A DNA stretch of 64,000 nt from Puniceicoccales bacterium. Its GTDB lineage: Bacteria; Verrucomicrobiota; Verrucomicrobiia; Opitutales; JAIRLG01. Shown here piece after piece: positions 18,854 to 29,082 of this stretch. The stretch is taken from contig JAITRB010000004.1 of the NCBI GenBank assembly GCA_031288595.1, forward strand, positions 9,491-73,490. The letters are read 5' to 3'. Numbering within the stretch: position 1 is the stretch's first letter; each line of letters opens with the position of its first letter. Under the pieces are notes generated by a model, which was not told the DNA's origin, searched no databases, and worked only from the letters and a program-made list of their open reading frames with translations. The position numbers and the translations under genes are program-made.

Positions 18854-20209
18854 ATGAGCCCTCAAGATTTTTCCTCACCCCAGAAGGCTTCCATGAGCCC
18901 TAGGACGACACCCGCCAGGGACTTGAAGGACGATGTCCGCCAGACCTTTCTCTACTGGCGTTCCCGCATTTTGTATGCCCTGATCCTCGGCTACACCACG
19001 TTCTACATCGTGCGGCAGAATTTTCAAGTAGCGGCCCCTTCGATGCTGCACGAGCTGGGCTATACCCGCTGTCAGATTGGCTGGGCCTTCAGCTCCTTCG
19101 CCCTCATCTACGGCCTCGGGAAATTCATCAGCGGTGTGATCTGTGACCGCACGAGTGCCCGCTATTTCATGGTCATCGGCCTCCTGGGAGCCTCTCTCTG
19201 CAGCCTGCTCATCGGCTGCAGCCATTCCATCACCCTGCTGGCGCTATTCTACGCACTCAATGGGGTCTTCCAGTCGATGGGTTGGCCCCCCGTCGCCCGC
19301 CTGATGGTCCACTGGTACTCACCTCGAGACTTGGGGACGCACTGGGGAATCGTCAATGCCTCCCATCAGGTCGGCAGTGTCATCATCCTGCTCGGAGGTT
19401 CTTGGCTACTCATCCACTGGGGTTGGCGGTCGGTCTTCATCCTTCCGGCGGGGCTGGCTCTTCTCATCTCGGCTGTTCTCTTCCAACGCCTGCGCGACAT
19501 TCCCGAATCCATGGGATTGCCCTCCATCGAGGAGATGGAGGGTCTAGATCCTAGCTCCGGCCATGAGGAAGGCGAGAGCGTGACCCTGCGCGAGATTCTC
19601 CTGGAGCACATCCTGCCCAATCCCTCGCTGTGGTACGTCTGCTGTGCCAATTTCTTCCTCTATATCGTCCGCATGGGATTCTTCAACTGGGCACCCACCT
19701 TTCTGCAGGAGGCACGAGGTGCTTCGGTCATGATGTCCGGAGTTCAGTCCATGGGGTTTGAGCTGATGGGGGCTCTGGGAGGGGTCTTTGCCGGCTGGGT
19801 TTCGGACAAGTTCCTGCAGGGGAAACGGAACCGCGCCTGTGTCTATTTCACGTCAGCACTGATCGTCGTCCTGCTCCTCTTCTGGTGGCTGCCGTTACGG
19901 TCAACGGCCCTGAATACGCTATTCCTCTTCATCCTAGGCTTTCTGGTCTACGGCCCCCAGATGCTGGCGGGTTGCGCTGGAGCGGAGTTCGGCTCCAAAC
20001 GGGCAGCCGCCGCCGGCAATGGACTGACCGGTCTTTTCGGTTACCTCGGGGCTGCGTTCTCCGGTTGGGGAATTGGAAAAATCGTCGATGTCTGGGGATG
20101 GAATGCGATGATCCTCTTCTTTTCGCTCTGCACTGCTATCAGCATGGGATTCTTCATGCTCAACGGCCAACAGGCGAGGAAGAAACTCAGAGTAGCTCAA
20201 GGGAAATAG
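18854..20209 (+). CDS. MFS organophosphate:phosphate antiporter (UhpC/GlpT family)
   Basis: Twelve TM segments are predicted. An OPA-family signature is present (FYIVRQNFQVAAPSM...GWAFSSFALIYGLGKFISGVICDR). I prefer the second ATG at 18854 because GGGAGAG lies upstream. An alternative ATG is at 18836. Confidence 0.8.
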   Translation: MSPQDFSSPQKASMSPRTTPARDLKDDVRQTFLYWRSRILYALILGYTTFYIVRQNFQVAAPSMLHELGYTRCQIGWAFSSFALIYGLGKFISGVICDRTSARYFMVIGLLGASLCSLLIGCSHSITLLALFYALNGVFQSMGWPPVARLMVHWYSPRDLGTHWGIVNASHQVGSVIILLGGSWLLIHWGWRSVFILPAGLALLISAVLFQRLRDIPESMGLPSIEEMEGLDPSSGHEEGESVTLREILLEHILPNPSLWYVCCANFFLYIVRMGFFNWAPTFLQEARGASVMMSGVQSMGFELMGALGGVFAGWVSDKFLQGKRNRACVYFTSALIVVLLLFWWLPLRSTALNTLFLFILGFLVYGPQMLAGCAGAEFGSKRAAAAGNGLTGLFGYLGAAFSGWGIGKIVDVWGWNAMILFFSLCTAISMGFFMLNGQQARKKLRVAQGK

Positions 20210-20283
20210 AAGGGTCTCCCCTCTGTCCCTATCCCCAAAAAAATACCTTTCCCCTACCAAATCCTTTTCTGCCAGGGGGGACC

Positions 20284-20360
20284 TGGCGAGGTGGACGGGA
20301 CTTGAACCCGCGACCTTCGGCGTGACAAGCCGACGCTCTAGCCAACTGAGCTACCACCCC
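20284..20360 (-). tRNA. tRNA-Asp (anticodon GTC), CCA encoded
   Basis: The reverse complement reads GGGGTGGTAGCTCAGTTGGCTAGAGCGTCGGCTTGTCACGCCGAAGGTCGCGGGTTCAAGTCCCGTCCACCTCGCCA. The 7-bp acceptor stem has one G:U pair. The D-loop is AGCTCAGTTGG. The anticodon loop TTGTCAC gives GTC. The T-arm is GGTTCAAGTCC. Confidence 0.9.
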
Positions 20361-20367
20361 CTTGGGG

Positions 20368-20397
20368 AAAATCTGCGCGCCCTCCGATTGAAGTCAA
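20368..20397 (-). promoter_or_regulatory. Candidate sigma70-type promoter for tRNA-Asp
   Basis: On the - strand the sequence reads TTGACT, an 18-nt spacer, then GATTTT. The -10 ends about 7 nt before the mature tRNA 5' end. The -10 is weak, so this is only a pattern match. Confidence 0.25.
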
Positions 20398-20480
20398 GGG
20401 ACAAAATCGCTGGCCGAAAGAAGGACAAAATCACTGATGGAAAAAAAGTTATCCGGGCGGAAGGAGGATGTATCGGGAAC

Positions 20481-20578
20481 CTGCGCTGTCTTTGCAGGTG
20501 CGAAATGGCCTGAAAGGCCATTTCGCACCTGGGGCTCGCGGAGCGAGCTGAGCCCTGTGGGCTCCAAAGACAGCGCAG
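20481..20578. repeat. Intergenic four-helix palindromic element, type 1 (c-b-a)
   Basis: The closing stem is CTGCGCTGTCTTTG/CAAAGACAGCGCAG. Arm c is a perfect 16 bp (CAGGTGCGAAATGGCC-TGAAA-GGCCATTTCGCACCTG). Arm b is a variant (GCTCGC-GGA-GCGAGC). Arm a is GAGCCC-TGT-GGGCTC. It lies between clpC and tRNA-Asp. Confidence 0.85.
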
Positions 20579-20614
20579 CGGGAGCAACGGAGAACGTTGA
20601 GATTTCTGAGTCCC

Positions 20615-23167
20615 TCAGGCCTCGGCCGTAGTCACCGCCGAGCGCACCGAGTGTCTGGACCGAAAAAAAGTACGGCCGTCGGGATCCAGAGCGACCTGGA
20701 CCGACATATCCTCGCGAAGGCTTCCCTGGAGAAAGGCTTCGGCCAAAGGGTCTTCGACATGGCGCTCGATGGCCCGCCGCAGCGGCCGTGCCCCATATTT
20801 AGGGTCATAGCCCTTCTGGATGAGAAAATCCTGCATCTCCTGGCTCAGCCGGATGGAAATTCTCCTCGCCTCCAGGCGCCGGTTGAGGGCAGCCAGTTCC
20901 AGGCGGACGATAGCCTCCAGCGCGCTGCGGGAGAGCGGTCGGAAGACGATGATCTCGCTCAGACGGTTGAGAAACTCTGGCCGAAAGGCCTTTTTCACCT
21001 CTTCTAATACCCGAGCTTTAGTCGCCTCGAAATCACCGAATTCCCGGTGCCCCGAGGAAGGAAAGCCCAGACTGCCATTTTTCTGAAAGAGCTCGGCACC
21101 GACATTGCTGGTCATGAGAAGCAGAGTGTTCCGAAAATCGACCTTGCGGCCGAGGCTGTCCATCAAACGGCCCTCTTCGAGAATCTGAAGGAAAAGGGGC
21201 AAGATCTCCTGGTGCGCCTTTTCGATCTCGTCGAAGAGCAGCAGGCTGTAGGGCTTGCGCCGAACCGCTTCTGTGAGCTGGCCGCCCTCCTCATGACCGA
21301 TGTAACCCGGGGGCGAGCCGATCAGGCGGGAGGCGGAAAATTTTTCCAAATACTCCGTCATGTCGACCGAGATGAGCGCATCGGCGGAGCCGAACACCTT
21401 TTCCGCCAGCGCTTTGGCCAAATGGGTCTTGCCCACACCGCTGGGGCCCAGGAAGAGAAAGGAGGCAATGGGCCGCTTCGGGTCGCGGAAATCGGCCTGG
21501 GCACGCCGAAGGGAGCGGGAAATAGCGGCAATGGCTTCGGATTGGCCGACGACAGAGGACTGCAGTTCCTCCTCGATGGAGAGCCAGGATTCGCCCTCCT
21601 TGGGCTCCACGCGCTCGAGAGGAATGCCCGTGTAGTTCGACACCGTGTGGTAGATGCATGCCTCGTCGATGGGGATGGCCGAAGTGGACTGGAGCTGCTC
21701 GCGCCAGCCGTGCAGGGCGGAGGCCCGCTGTTCGCGGAGCTGCTTCTCCTTATCCCTTAACTGGGCCGCCTCCTCGAAGCGCTGTTCGCGGATCGCCCTT
21801 TCCTTCTGTCCGATGATCTCTTCCAACTCCTGCTGTAGGGAGTCGACGAGTGCCGGTGGTCGCGGGTGGACATGCAGATGGGCATAGGAACCGGCCTCGT
21901 CCAGGATGTCGATGGCCTTGTCGGGAAGGGAACGGCCCTGTATGTAACGGTCGGAGAGCCGCACAGCCAACTCGACGGCCTGGGGAGTATAGGTGACGGA
22001 GTGATGGGCCTCGTAGCAGGACTGAATTCCCTGGAGGATGTAAATGCTTTGCTGGACACTGGGAGCCTCGACAACGATCGATTGGAATCGCCGTTCCAAG
22101 GCTGTATCCTTCTCGATATTCTTCCGGTACTCCGCAAAGGTCGTGGCGCCGATACACTGGATCTCCCCACGGGAAAGCGCCGGCTTTAGCATATTAGAGG
22201 CATCCATCGAGCCCTCCGAGGCACCGGCTCCGACCAGGGTGTGCAGCTCATCGAGGAAGAGGATGATGTTCTGGGCCCGCCGAACCTCCTCCATAAGCGC
22301 CTTGAAGCGCTCCTCGAACTGTCCGCGATACTTGGTGCCAGCCACCATGAGGGCTAGGTCGAGCGAGAGGATGCGCTTGTCCTGCAGGGACAGCGGAACT
22401 CTTTTGGCGACGATGGCCTGGGCCAGGCCTTCGACGATGGCGGTCTTTCCCACACCGGCCTCACCGATGAGCGCCGGATTGTTCTTCGTACGCCGGCAGA
22501 GAATCTGAAGACTGCGCTCGATTTCCCTGTCGCGGCCGATGACCGGATCCAGGTGCTTGCCCTGGGCCAGGGCGGTGAGGTCGCGGCTAAAGGCCCGAAG
22601 GGCAGGCGTTTTCAGCTCCACCCGCATGACCTCTTCGTGGGCTGGCAAAGGATCCAAAGGATGGCCATCGCCCCCTTCCGCAGACCTGCGCACATCGCCG
22701 GTAAACTGGGGATCCAGCTCGGAGAGAATGGCCTGGCGGCACTCCTGAGCATCCAGGTGGATCTCGCGCAGTACTTCCGAGGCAATCCCTTCACTCTCGC
22801 ACAGAAGGGCCAGGAGAAGGTGCTCCGTTCCGATGTAGGAGTGCTGGAGTCCGCGCGCCTCCTTGGCCGCCAGGATGAGGACCTTCTTCACCTGAGGGGT
22901 GAAGGGGACTTGGGGAGAAGTTTTAAAAAGAGGCTGTACCGGCTCGCGGAGGAGGGCGGAGATCCTCTGTTCGATGCGCTCCCGAATGACCGCATTATCC
23001 ACACCGAGCCGTTCCAGGGTGTTGAAGGCAATGCCCTGACCCAGCTCCAGAATCCCGAGCAAGAGGTGTTCGGTGCCTACATAGGGTTGGCGGAAGCGGT
23101 CCGCTTCCTGTCGGGCTAAGACCAGTACCTGCTGGGCCCTGGGCGTGAAATTGTTGATGGGATCCAT
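20615..23167 (-). CDS. clpC: AAA+ chaperone ClpC (Clp protease ATP-binding subunit)
   Basis: Two Clp_N repeats are present. Walker A motifs are GEAGVGKTA and [13 protein letters not shown]-like linker ([17 protein letters not shown]) lies between the modules. The start is set at the internal ATG at 23167 ([12 protein letters not shown]). Confidence 0.9.
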   Translation of the reverse strand: MDPINNFTPRAQQVLVLARQEADRFRQPYVGTEHLLLGILELGQGIAFNTLERLGVDNAVIRERIEQRISALLREPVQPLFKTSPQVPFTPQVKKVLILAAKEARGLQHSYIGTEHLLLALLCESEGIASEVLREIHLDAQECRQAILSELDPQFTGDVRRSAEGGDGHPLDPLPAHEEVMRVELKTPALRAFSRDLTALAQGKHLDPVIGRDREIERSLQILCRRTKNNPALIGEAGVGKTAIVEGLAQAIVAKRVPLSLQDKRILSLDLALMVAGTKYRGQFEERFKALMEEVRRAQNIILFLDELHTLVGAGASEGSMDASNMLKPALSRGEIQCIGATTFAEYRKNIEKDTALERRFQSIVVEAPSVQQSIYILQGIQSCYEAHHSVTYTPQAVELAVRLSDRYIQGRSLPDKAIDILDEAGSYAHLHVHPRPPALVDSLQQELEEIIGQKERAIREQRFEEAAQLRDKEKQLREQRASALHGWREQLQSTSAIPIDEACIYHTVSNYTGIPLERVEPKEGESWLSIEEELQSSVVGQSEAIAAISRSLRRAQADFRDPKRPIASFLFLGPSGVGKTHLAKALAEKVFGSADALISVDMTEYLEKFSASRLIGSPPGYIGHEEGGQLTEAVRRKPYSLLLFDEIEKAHQEILPLFLQILEEGRLMDSLGRKVDFRNTLLLMTSNVGAELFQKNGSLGFPSSGHREFGDFEATKARVLEEVKKAFRPEFLNRLSEIIVFRPLSRSALEAIVRLELAALNRRLEARRISIRLSQEMQDFLIQKGYDPKYGARPLRRAIERHVEDPLAEAFLQGSLREDMSVQVALDPDGRTFFRSRHSVRSAVTTAEA

Positions 23168-23268
23168 GTAGGGCAGCTTTGAAGAGAAATTATAGACTGG
23201 TTTTGGAAATGACAATGCCTTTGTGCATGGGAGCTGTGGGTTTGCGAGGGTTTGTCGCTGGCGTGCTT

Positions 23269-23369
23269 GGGGCTGTCTTTGGATCCCTCACGGGATCGCC
23301 CGCGAAGCGGGCCCCAGCACTGGAAGGGAAAAGTTTCCTTTTCCCTTCCAGTGCTGCAAAGACAGCCCC
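23269..23369. repeat. Intergenic four-helix palindromic element, type 1 (a-b-c)
   Basis: The closing stem is GGGGCTGTCTTTG/CAAAGACAGCCCC. Arm a is GATCCC-TCAC-GGGATC. Arm b is GCCCGC-GAA-GCGGGC. Arm c is a perfect 19 bp (CAGCACTGGAAGGGAAAAG-TTTC-CTTTTCCCTTCCAGTGCTG). It lies in the divergent clpC/rpsO spacer. Confidence 0.85.
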
Positions 23370-23584
23370 TCTAAAAAACCTTTCCCAATTTCAGGGAAAA
23401 TCTCTCCCTCCGTCTCTAAAAATCCTTGTGGAATGTTGGGAATTGCCCAAGGTCGATGCCCACGCCAGCAAAAGCATTTGCCGCAGCTCTCGGGACTTCC
23501 GAGTAGAGCGATGTCTTGGCCGGTAGGCGAAGGCAGGAGGAACAGAAGGCTGTCCCTCTAAAAGTTGCGAGTGGATAGAATAAC

Positions 23585-23857
23585 ATGTCTAAAGCGGAAT
23601 ACCTCGAAAAGGGGCCGGTCATCGATGCATTTAGAATGCACGAGAAAGATACGGGGTCCTGTGAAGTTCAGGTCGCCATTCTGACAGCCCGCATCCAGCA
23701 CATCACAGAACATCTGCGCTCCCATAAAAAGGACTATCACAGCCGTCGGGGACTGATCGCGATGGCCAATCGCCGGCGGAAGCTTCTGGATTACCTTCAG
23801 AAGCACAGTCTGTCGCGTTACGAGGCCCTCATCCAGCGCCTGAACCTGCGCCGCTGA
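23585..23857 (+). CDS. rpsO: 30S ribosomal protein S15
   Basis: The ORF is 90 aa. The sequence [35 protein letters not shown] matches S15. It lies upstream of pnp. Confidence 0.97.
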   Translation: MSKAEYLEKGPVIDAFRMHEKDTGSCEVQVAILTARIQHITEHLRSHKKDYHSRRGLIAMANRRRKLLDYLQKHSLSRYEALIQRLNLRR

Positions 23858-23994
23858 GTCTCGGTAAGGGGGAAATGGTTTTGGCAATGGCAAGAGGATG
23901 GGAAGTTTGGTTTTTTCACAAGAGAGTGGGGTTTATGAACGGGAAAGAGGAAGAGAGGGGCCATGAAGGACTGGCCTGAGCGAAAGAGAAGAAT

Positions 23995-26196
23995 ATGAAG
24001 CAGTTATACAATGTGGAGGTGCCCGAGCGGGGCCTGAGATTTTCCACCGGCAGTTTGGCGAAACAGGCCAATGGAGCGGTGACGGTGCAGCTGGGGGACA
24101 CCTGTGTCTTCGTCAGTGCGGTGGCGGCGGAGAGCCCTCGATCGGGACAGGATTTCTTTCCCCTGAGCGTCGACTACCGCGAGAAATTCTCGGCGGCCGG
24201 ACGGATTCCCGGGGGTTATTTCAAGCGTGAGGGCCGGCCATCGGAAAAGGAAGTCCTGAGCTCGCGGCTCTGCGACCGCCCGCTGCGACCGCTCTTCCCC
24301 AAGGGCTTCATGAATGAGGTACAGATCATCGGCTACCTCCTGTCGGCCGACCTGCAGAACGACGGCGATATCCTGATGATCAACGGCGCATCAGCGGCAT
24401 TGCTCTGTTCCGACATTCCCTGGGGCGGCCCCATCGGGGCGATCCGTCTAGCGGACATCGGTGGCGAATGGGTCGTGAACCCCACCCATGAGCAGATGCT
24501 GGACTCTCGACTGGACATGGTCTATGTCGGCAACGGGCGCCATCTGCTGATGATCGAAGGGAATGCCGACCAGCTGCCGGAGGAGCGATTTCTGGAAGCC
24601 CTTCGCTTCGCCCAGGAGAGCATTCAGCCGATTCTGCGGGCTCAGCGGGAATTGGCCACCCTGGCGGGCAAGCCCAAGAGGGACTTCCCGCTGGTACAGC
24701 CCGACGAACGCGTCTTGTCCCTCTGCTCGCACTTTGAAGAGCGTCTTCGGGAAGCCATTGCCCTGCCGGAAAAGATTTCCCGCAATGCCGCCATTGCCGC
24801 CGTTAAAGAGGAGATAAAAGCGAGCATAGACGAGAAACTGGGCGAGGACTTGGAGGAGCCTGAAACGGCGCTGTCCGTTGCCTTCGAAGAGCTGCTCGAA
24901 AGAACCCATCGGCATCGCCTTCTGGAAGAGGGAAAACGCTCGGATGCTCGGGCATGCGATGAGATCCGTCCCATCGAGTGCGCCACCGGCATCCTGCCCT
25001 GTGTGCATGGTTCTGCCCTTTTTCAACGGGGCGAGACCCAGGCATTGGTGACCACGACGCTGGGCTCCTCGCGGGATGTCCAGGAGATCGACGCGGTTTC
25101 CGGCGGTATCCACTCCAAGACCTTTGTGCTGCACTACAACTTCCCGCCCTTTTCGGTCGGCGAGACGGGCCGCATGGGCTCGACCGGCCGGCGGGAAATC
25201 GGCCATGGGGCATTGGCGGAGCGCTCGCTGACGCCGGTGTTACCGGGTGAGGAGGAATTTCCCTACGCCATCCGCGTACTGTCCGATATTCTGGAATCCA
25301 ACGGCTCCTCCTCCATGGCTACCGTCTGCGGCGGCTGCCTGGCCCTGATGGACGCCGGTGTCAAAATCACAGCACCGGTGGCCGGCATCTCGCTTGGACT
25401 GGTCAGCGCCACCGATGAGAATGGGGAGATCCAAAAGCACCTCATTCTGACCGACATCATCGATGCCGAGGATCATTTCGGCGATATGGACTTCAAGATT
25501 GCCGGAACGCAGAAGGGCATCACCGGCTTCCAGCTGGATCTGAAGATCCATGGTCTACCGCTGAGCGTCGCGGAGGAGGCGGTAATCCGCAGCCGTGCGG
25601 CGAGGCTGAAGATCCTGGAACTCATGCGGGCCGTTCAAGCGGATCCGAGAGAAGAGCTGAGGGAAAATGCACCGCGTTACGAGCGGGTGAAGATTGATCC
25701 CGAGAAGATCGGCGCCCTCATCGGCCCTGGAGGGAAGAACATCAAGCGGATCACGGAGATCTCCGGTGCCCAGATCGACATCCACGAGGATAACAGTGGA
25801 TGGGTATCGATCTTCGCTACAGGCCGCGAGTCGCTGGAGCGCGCGCTGCAGGAGATCCAGCTCATCTCGGCGGAGATCGAGCCCGGAAAGGTCTATCGCG
25901 GCATCGTGCGTTCGGTGAAGGACTTCGGTATCTTCGTGGAGTGCATCCCGGGCAAGGAGGGCATGGTGCACGTCTCGGAACTCTCCGATATCCGCATCGA
26001 GCGGCCGGAAGATGTCTGCCGGATCGGCGATGAGATAGTCGTCAAGTGCGTCGGCATCGACGAGCGCGGACGGGTGCGCCTGAGCCGCAAGGCGGCGCTC
26101 TGCGAGGCCCGAGGCGATCCCTATGAGGCGAAAATGCCCTCCAGTCGCCCACGAGGTGCTCCGCGGGAGCGGACCTCCTCCCATCGAGAGCGCTAG
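23995..26196 (+). CDS. pnp: Polyribonucleotide nucleotidyltransferase (PNPase)
   Basis: Two RNase PH domains are present. There is a KH domain ([11 protein letters not shown]) and an S1 domain ([20 protein letters not shown]). Confidence 0.97.
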   Translation: MKQLYNVEVPERGLRFSTGSLAKQANGAVTVQLGDTCVFVSAVAAESPRSGQDFFPLSVDYREKFSAAGRIPGGYFKREGRPSEKEVLSSRLCDRPLRPLFPKGFMNEVQIIGYLLSADLQNDGDILMINGASAALLCSDIPWGGPIGAIRLADIGGEWVVNPTHEQMLDSRLDMVYVGNGRHLLMIEGNADQLPEERFLEALRFAQESIQPILRAQRELATLAGKPKRDFPLVQPDERVLSLCSHFEERLREAIALPEKISRNAAIAAVKEEIKASIDEKLGEDLEEPETALSVAFEELLERTHRHRLLEEGKRSDARACDEIRPIECATGILPCVHGSALFQRGETQALVTTTLGSSRDVQEIDAVSGGIHSKTFVLHYNFPPFSVGETGRMGSTGRREIGHGALAERSLTPVLPGEEEFPYAIRVLSDILESNGSSSMATVCGGCLALMDAGVKITAPVAGISLGLVSATDENGEIQKHLILTDIIDAEDHFGDMDFKIAGTQKGITGFQLDLKIHGLPLSVAEEAVIRSRAARLKILELMRAVQADPREELRENAPRYERVKIDPEKIGALIGPGGKNIKRITEISGAQIDIHEDNSGWVSIFATGRESLERALQEIQLISAEIEPGKVYRGIVRSVKDFGIFVECIPGKEGMVHVSELSDIRIERPEDVCRIGDEIVVKCVGIDERGRVRLSRKAALCEARGDPYEAKMPSSRPRGAPRERTSSHRER

Positions 26197-26264
26197 ACTC
26201 TCCCAGACCATCCTCTTTCCCAAGCCCATTGGGCGAGTTTTCCAAACTCAGGTCTGGGCATTGT

Positions 26265-26361
26265 CCGCTGTCTTTACGGGGTGAAGATGAAAAGGGACTT
26301 TTCATTTTCACCCCGCGGCCCGCGAAGCGGGCCAAATCCCTCTGGGATTTAAAGACAGCGG
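26265..26361. repeat. Intergenic four-helix palindromic element, type 1 (c-b-a)
   Basis: The closing stem is CCGCTGTCTTTA/TAAAGACAGCGG. Arm c is 17 bp (GGGGTGAAGATGAAAAG-GGA-CTTTTCATTTTCACCCC) with one G:T on the + strand. Arm b is GGCCCGC-GAA-GCGGGCC. Arm a is AAATCCC-TCT-GGGATTT. It lies between pnp and glgC. Confidence 0.85.
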
Positions 26362-26434
26362 CAAAGAACATCCACCTTCCTCCGGTGGAACACGGTTTGA
26401 CTTCGGGACCAGAGGCACTAGACTGAGGGATGGA

Positions 26435-27718
26435 GTGGATGGTTCGAAGGTATTGTGCGTCATCATGGGAGGAGGACGGGGCCGGCGCCTAGATCCGCTG
26501 ACGAGATGCCGCTGCAAACCGGCCGTGCCGCTAGCGGGGAAGTACCGCCTGGTCGACATCCCCATCAGCAACTGTCTGAATTCGGGCTTCAACCGCATCT
26601 ACATCCTGACCCAATTCAACACCCGCTCGCTGCACCGCCACATCGAGAACAGCTACCGTTTCGACAGCTTCGGTGGAGGAAAGATCGAGATCTTTTCGGC
26701 CGAACAGACTCAGGATAGTTCCGACAGTTGGTACGAGGGTACCGCCGATGCAGTTCGCAAGAACATGCGTTACTTCCACACCTCGGAGGACGACCTGATG
26801 ATCATCCTCTCCGGTGACCAGCTCTACCGCATGAACATCGCCGACCTGGTGGAGCAGCACCGACTCCACGGTTCTGATGTGACGATTGCTGCCAAGGCCA
26901 TCCCCAATGAGCGGATCTCTTCCTTCGGCGTCATGCGCGTTCTACCGGATCTCTCCATCGCGGAGTTCTTCGAAAAACCGGATGATCCGGAACTCATCGA
27001 ACAACTGACCCTGGCTGGCGAGTGGCGTAGCCGCTTAAAAGATCAATCCTCCAAAAAATACAGCCTGGCCTCGATGGGCATCTACGTCTTCAGGGCGGAA
27101 ATCCTGAAACGGGCTCTGGCGAGCTGTGGATCCGATTTCGGAAAGGAGATCATCCCGGGGCTTTTGGGAAAAGTCGCGATGCGGGCCTATATCTTCGACG
27201 ACTACTGGGAGGATATCGGAACGGTGCGCTCCTTCTTCGATGCCAACCTAGGCCTGACCTCGCCACAGCCGGAATTCAACTTCTACGATGCACTGGCGCC
27301 GATCCATACACATCCGAGCATCCTGCCCGCGTCGAAAGCAAACCACTGCGAGCTGGAAGAGGTTCTGATCTCGGATGGCTGTCTTCTGGAAGAGGTCCAT
27401 CTGAAGCGCTGCGTGCTGGGCCTCTGCTCTGTCGTCCGTGAGGGAACGCGTATGGAAAATGTCCTCATGATGGGTTCCCGCCACTACGAATCGCTGGAGG
27501 AAGGGCCGACGTCTGAGAGCGAGGTACCGCCCATCGGCGTGGGCTGTCACAGCTACGTTCGGGACTGCATCATCGATAAAGGTGCTCGCATCGGGAACCA
27601 TGTGCATCTGAGTCCCGAAGGCAAGGAGGACGGATTTGAGTACAATGGGCTCTATGTCCGCGATGGTATTCTCTGCATCGGTCGGGATGCCGTCGTTCCG
27701 GACCACACCGTGCTCTAG
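26435..27718 (+). CDS. glgC: Glucose-1-phosphate adenylyltransferase
   Basis: The sequence VIMGGGRGRRLDPLTRCRCKPAVPLAGKYRLVDIPISNCLNSG matches GlgC. The start is GTG. The C-terminus is a left-handed beta-helix region. Confidence 0.9.
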   Translation: MDGSKVLCVIMGGGRGRRLDPLTRCRCKPAVPLAGKYRLVDIPISNCLNSGFNRIYILTQFNTRSLHRHIENSYRFDSFGGGKIEIFSAEQTQDSSDSWYEGTADAVRKNMRYFHTSEDDLMIILSGDQLYRMNIADLVEQHRLHGSDVTIAAKAIPNERISSFGVMRVLPDLSIAEFFEKPDDPELIEQLTLAGEWRSRLKDQSSKKYSLASMGIYVFRAEILKRALASCGSDFGKEIIPGLLGKVAMRAYIFDDYWEDIGTVRSFFDANLGLTSPQPEFNFYDALAPIHTHPSILPASKANHCELEEVLISDGCLLEEVHLKRCVLGLCSVVREGTRMENVLMMGSRHYESLEEGPTSESEVPPIGVGCHSYVRDCIIDKGARIGNHVHLSPEGKEDGFEYNGLYVRDGILCIGRDAVVPDHTVL

Positions 27719-27898
27719 CCCTCCTCTGGGTCCGCAGAGCGGATATCCCTTCCCCGGGAATGAAAAGACTTGAAAATGTCCGCCGCGCGCTTTCCGTCAC
27801 CCCCATGCCCGCGATTTTTGAGGTTCCCACCGGGCCGAAAATCTGTATAATTCTAATCATAGAGAACTGGGCGAGGAGATTTCCGTAGTCAGCAAAAC

Positions 27899-28675
27899 GT
27901 GTCCCAAGAAGAGGAAAGTTCAGAAAAGGTCTCTGCCTCGTCGATTCCGGAGGAGCGGGAAGAGGATGCGGATCGGCGCTGCGGGCAGATTTTAGAAGAA
28001 CTCTGGGAAGAGTTCCCTCTCTCTCCCAGTACGCCCTTACCATGGCCGGTGATCTGGGTGAGTGGCGCACCGGGATCTGGAAAAGGGGTCAATGCCGGCT
28101 ACGTGAAGCGTGTTCTCGGAATATCCGCGGAACCGGTGGTCATCAGCGAGCTCTTGCAATCGCAGGATTCGAGAAGCCGCATCGACCACGGAGACCTGGT
28201 CGACGATCTCAGCGTCATTCGGGCGAGCCTGAAGGCTCTGCTGCAGGCCAGAGGCGGTGAAGGCCTGCTGATGGACGGCTATCCGCGCTCCCTGCTCCAG
28301 GCGAAATTCCTGCACCGGTTGGAGGAGAAATGGCGGGCTTTGGGACTTGGAATGCTCCAATTTCGGATGCTCGTCTTTTCCGTCGACGAGGCGACGAGCC
28401 TGGAACGGCAGCTCTCCCGTGGCCGCAAGGCGATGGCCCACAATCAGGAAGTCAAGCGGACCGGGAAGGGGGTACTGCGCGAGGTACGCCCGACGGACAT
28501 CGATGAAACGCTGGCCCGCCGGCGCTACCATACCTTTCTCCAGGAGACCGATGCGGCCCTGCGCCATCTCCAATCGACTGGCATGCCTTTTGTCGAAATC
28601 GACAGCCGCGGCCCTTTCGAGGTCGTCCAAAGGCGCATCGAGCAGAAACTCAGGCCCTGGATTTCCAATTCCTGA
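27899..28675 (+). CDS. Adenylate/nucleoside-monophosphate kinase-like protein with acidic N-terminal extension
   Basis: It has a P-loop GAPGSGKG, DGYPR, and RPTDIDETLARRRY, which resembles the adenylate kinase R-x-D-D segment. The canonical NMP-binding TGD(L/M)LR motif is absent. The first 50 aa or so are rich in E and S. The start is GTG. Confidence 0.5.
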   Translation: MSQEEESSEKVSASSIPEEREEDADRRCGQILEELWEEFPLSPSTPLPWPVIWVSGAPGSGKGVNAGYVKRVLGISAEPVVISELLQSQDSRSRIDHGDLVDDLSVIRASLKALLQARGGEGLLMDGYPRSLLQAKFLHRLEEKWRALGLGMLQFRMLVFSVDEATSLERQLSRGRKAMAHNQEVKRTGKGVLREVRPTDIDETLARRRYHTFLQETDAALRHLQSTGMPFVEIDSRGPFEVVQRRIEQKLRPWISNS

Positions 28676-28847
28676 GACCTTTTCGGGCGGATAGATGCTG
28701 AGGATAGGTATCGCACCGGGGAGGAGATCTATCGGGAAGCGAGGAGGGGCGATCCCTGCACTTCCGGTGCGCCCTTTGTCCCCATGGGGAATCGCTTTGC
28801 CCGGGGGACAGAAACTTGGCCCGGGCTCAGGGTTCCCTGGGCTTGTG

Positions 28848-28958
28848 TTTTTGGGGGCTGTCTTTGCCGCGGGAGGAATGAAAGGGAATTTTTCATTCCT
28901 CTCGCGGGGGCCCGCTTCGCGGGCGAGCCCTCCGGGCTCCAAAGACAGCCCCCAAAAA
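28848..28958. repeat. Intergenic four-helix palindromic element, type 1 (c-b-a)
   Basis: The 19-bp closing stem is TTTTTGGGGGCTGTCTTTG/CAAAGACAGCCCCCAAAAA. Arm c is 16 bp (CGCGGGAGGAATGAAA...TTTCATTCCTCTCGCG) with one G:T on the + strand. Arm b is GCCCGC-TTC-GCGGGC. Arm a is GAGCCC-TCC-GGGCTC. It lies between the adk-like gene and prfA. Confidence 0.85.
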
Positions 28959-29082
28959 TTTCCACCGAGACCGAGATGGACCTGCCCGCAGCATACCCTA
29001 TCCTTCCCTTCGTCCTAAACCCGCTCAGCACTTGACGAAAAGAGCCCAGTCCCTTAAAGCTCAGGGGATTCACGGATGAGCC

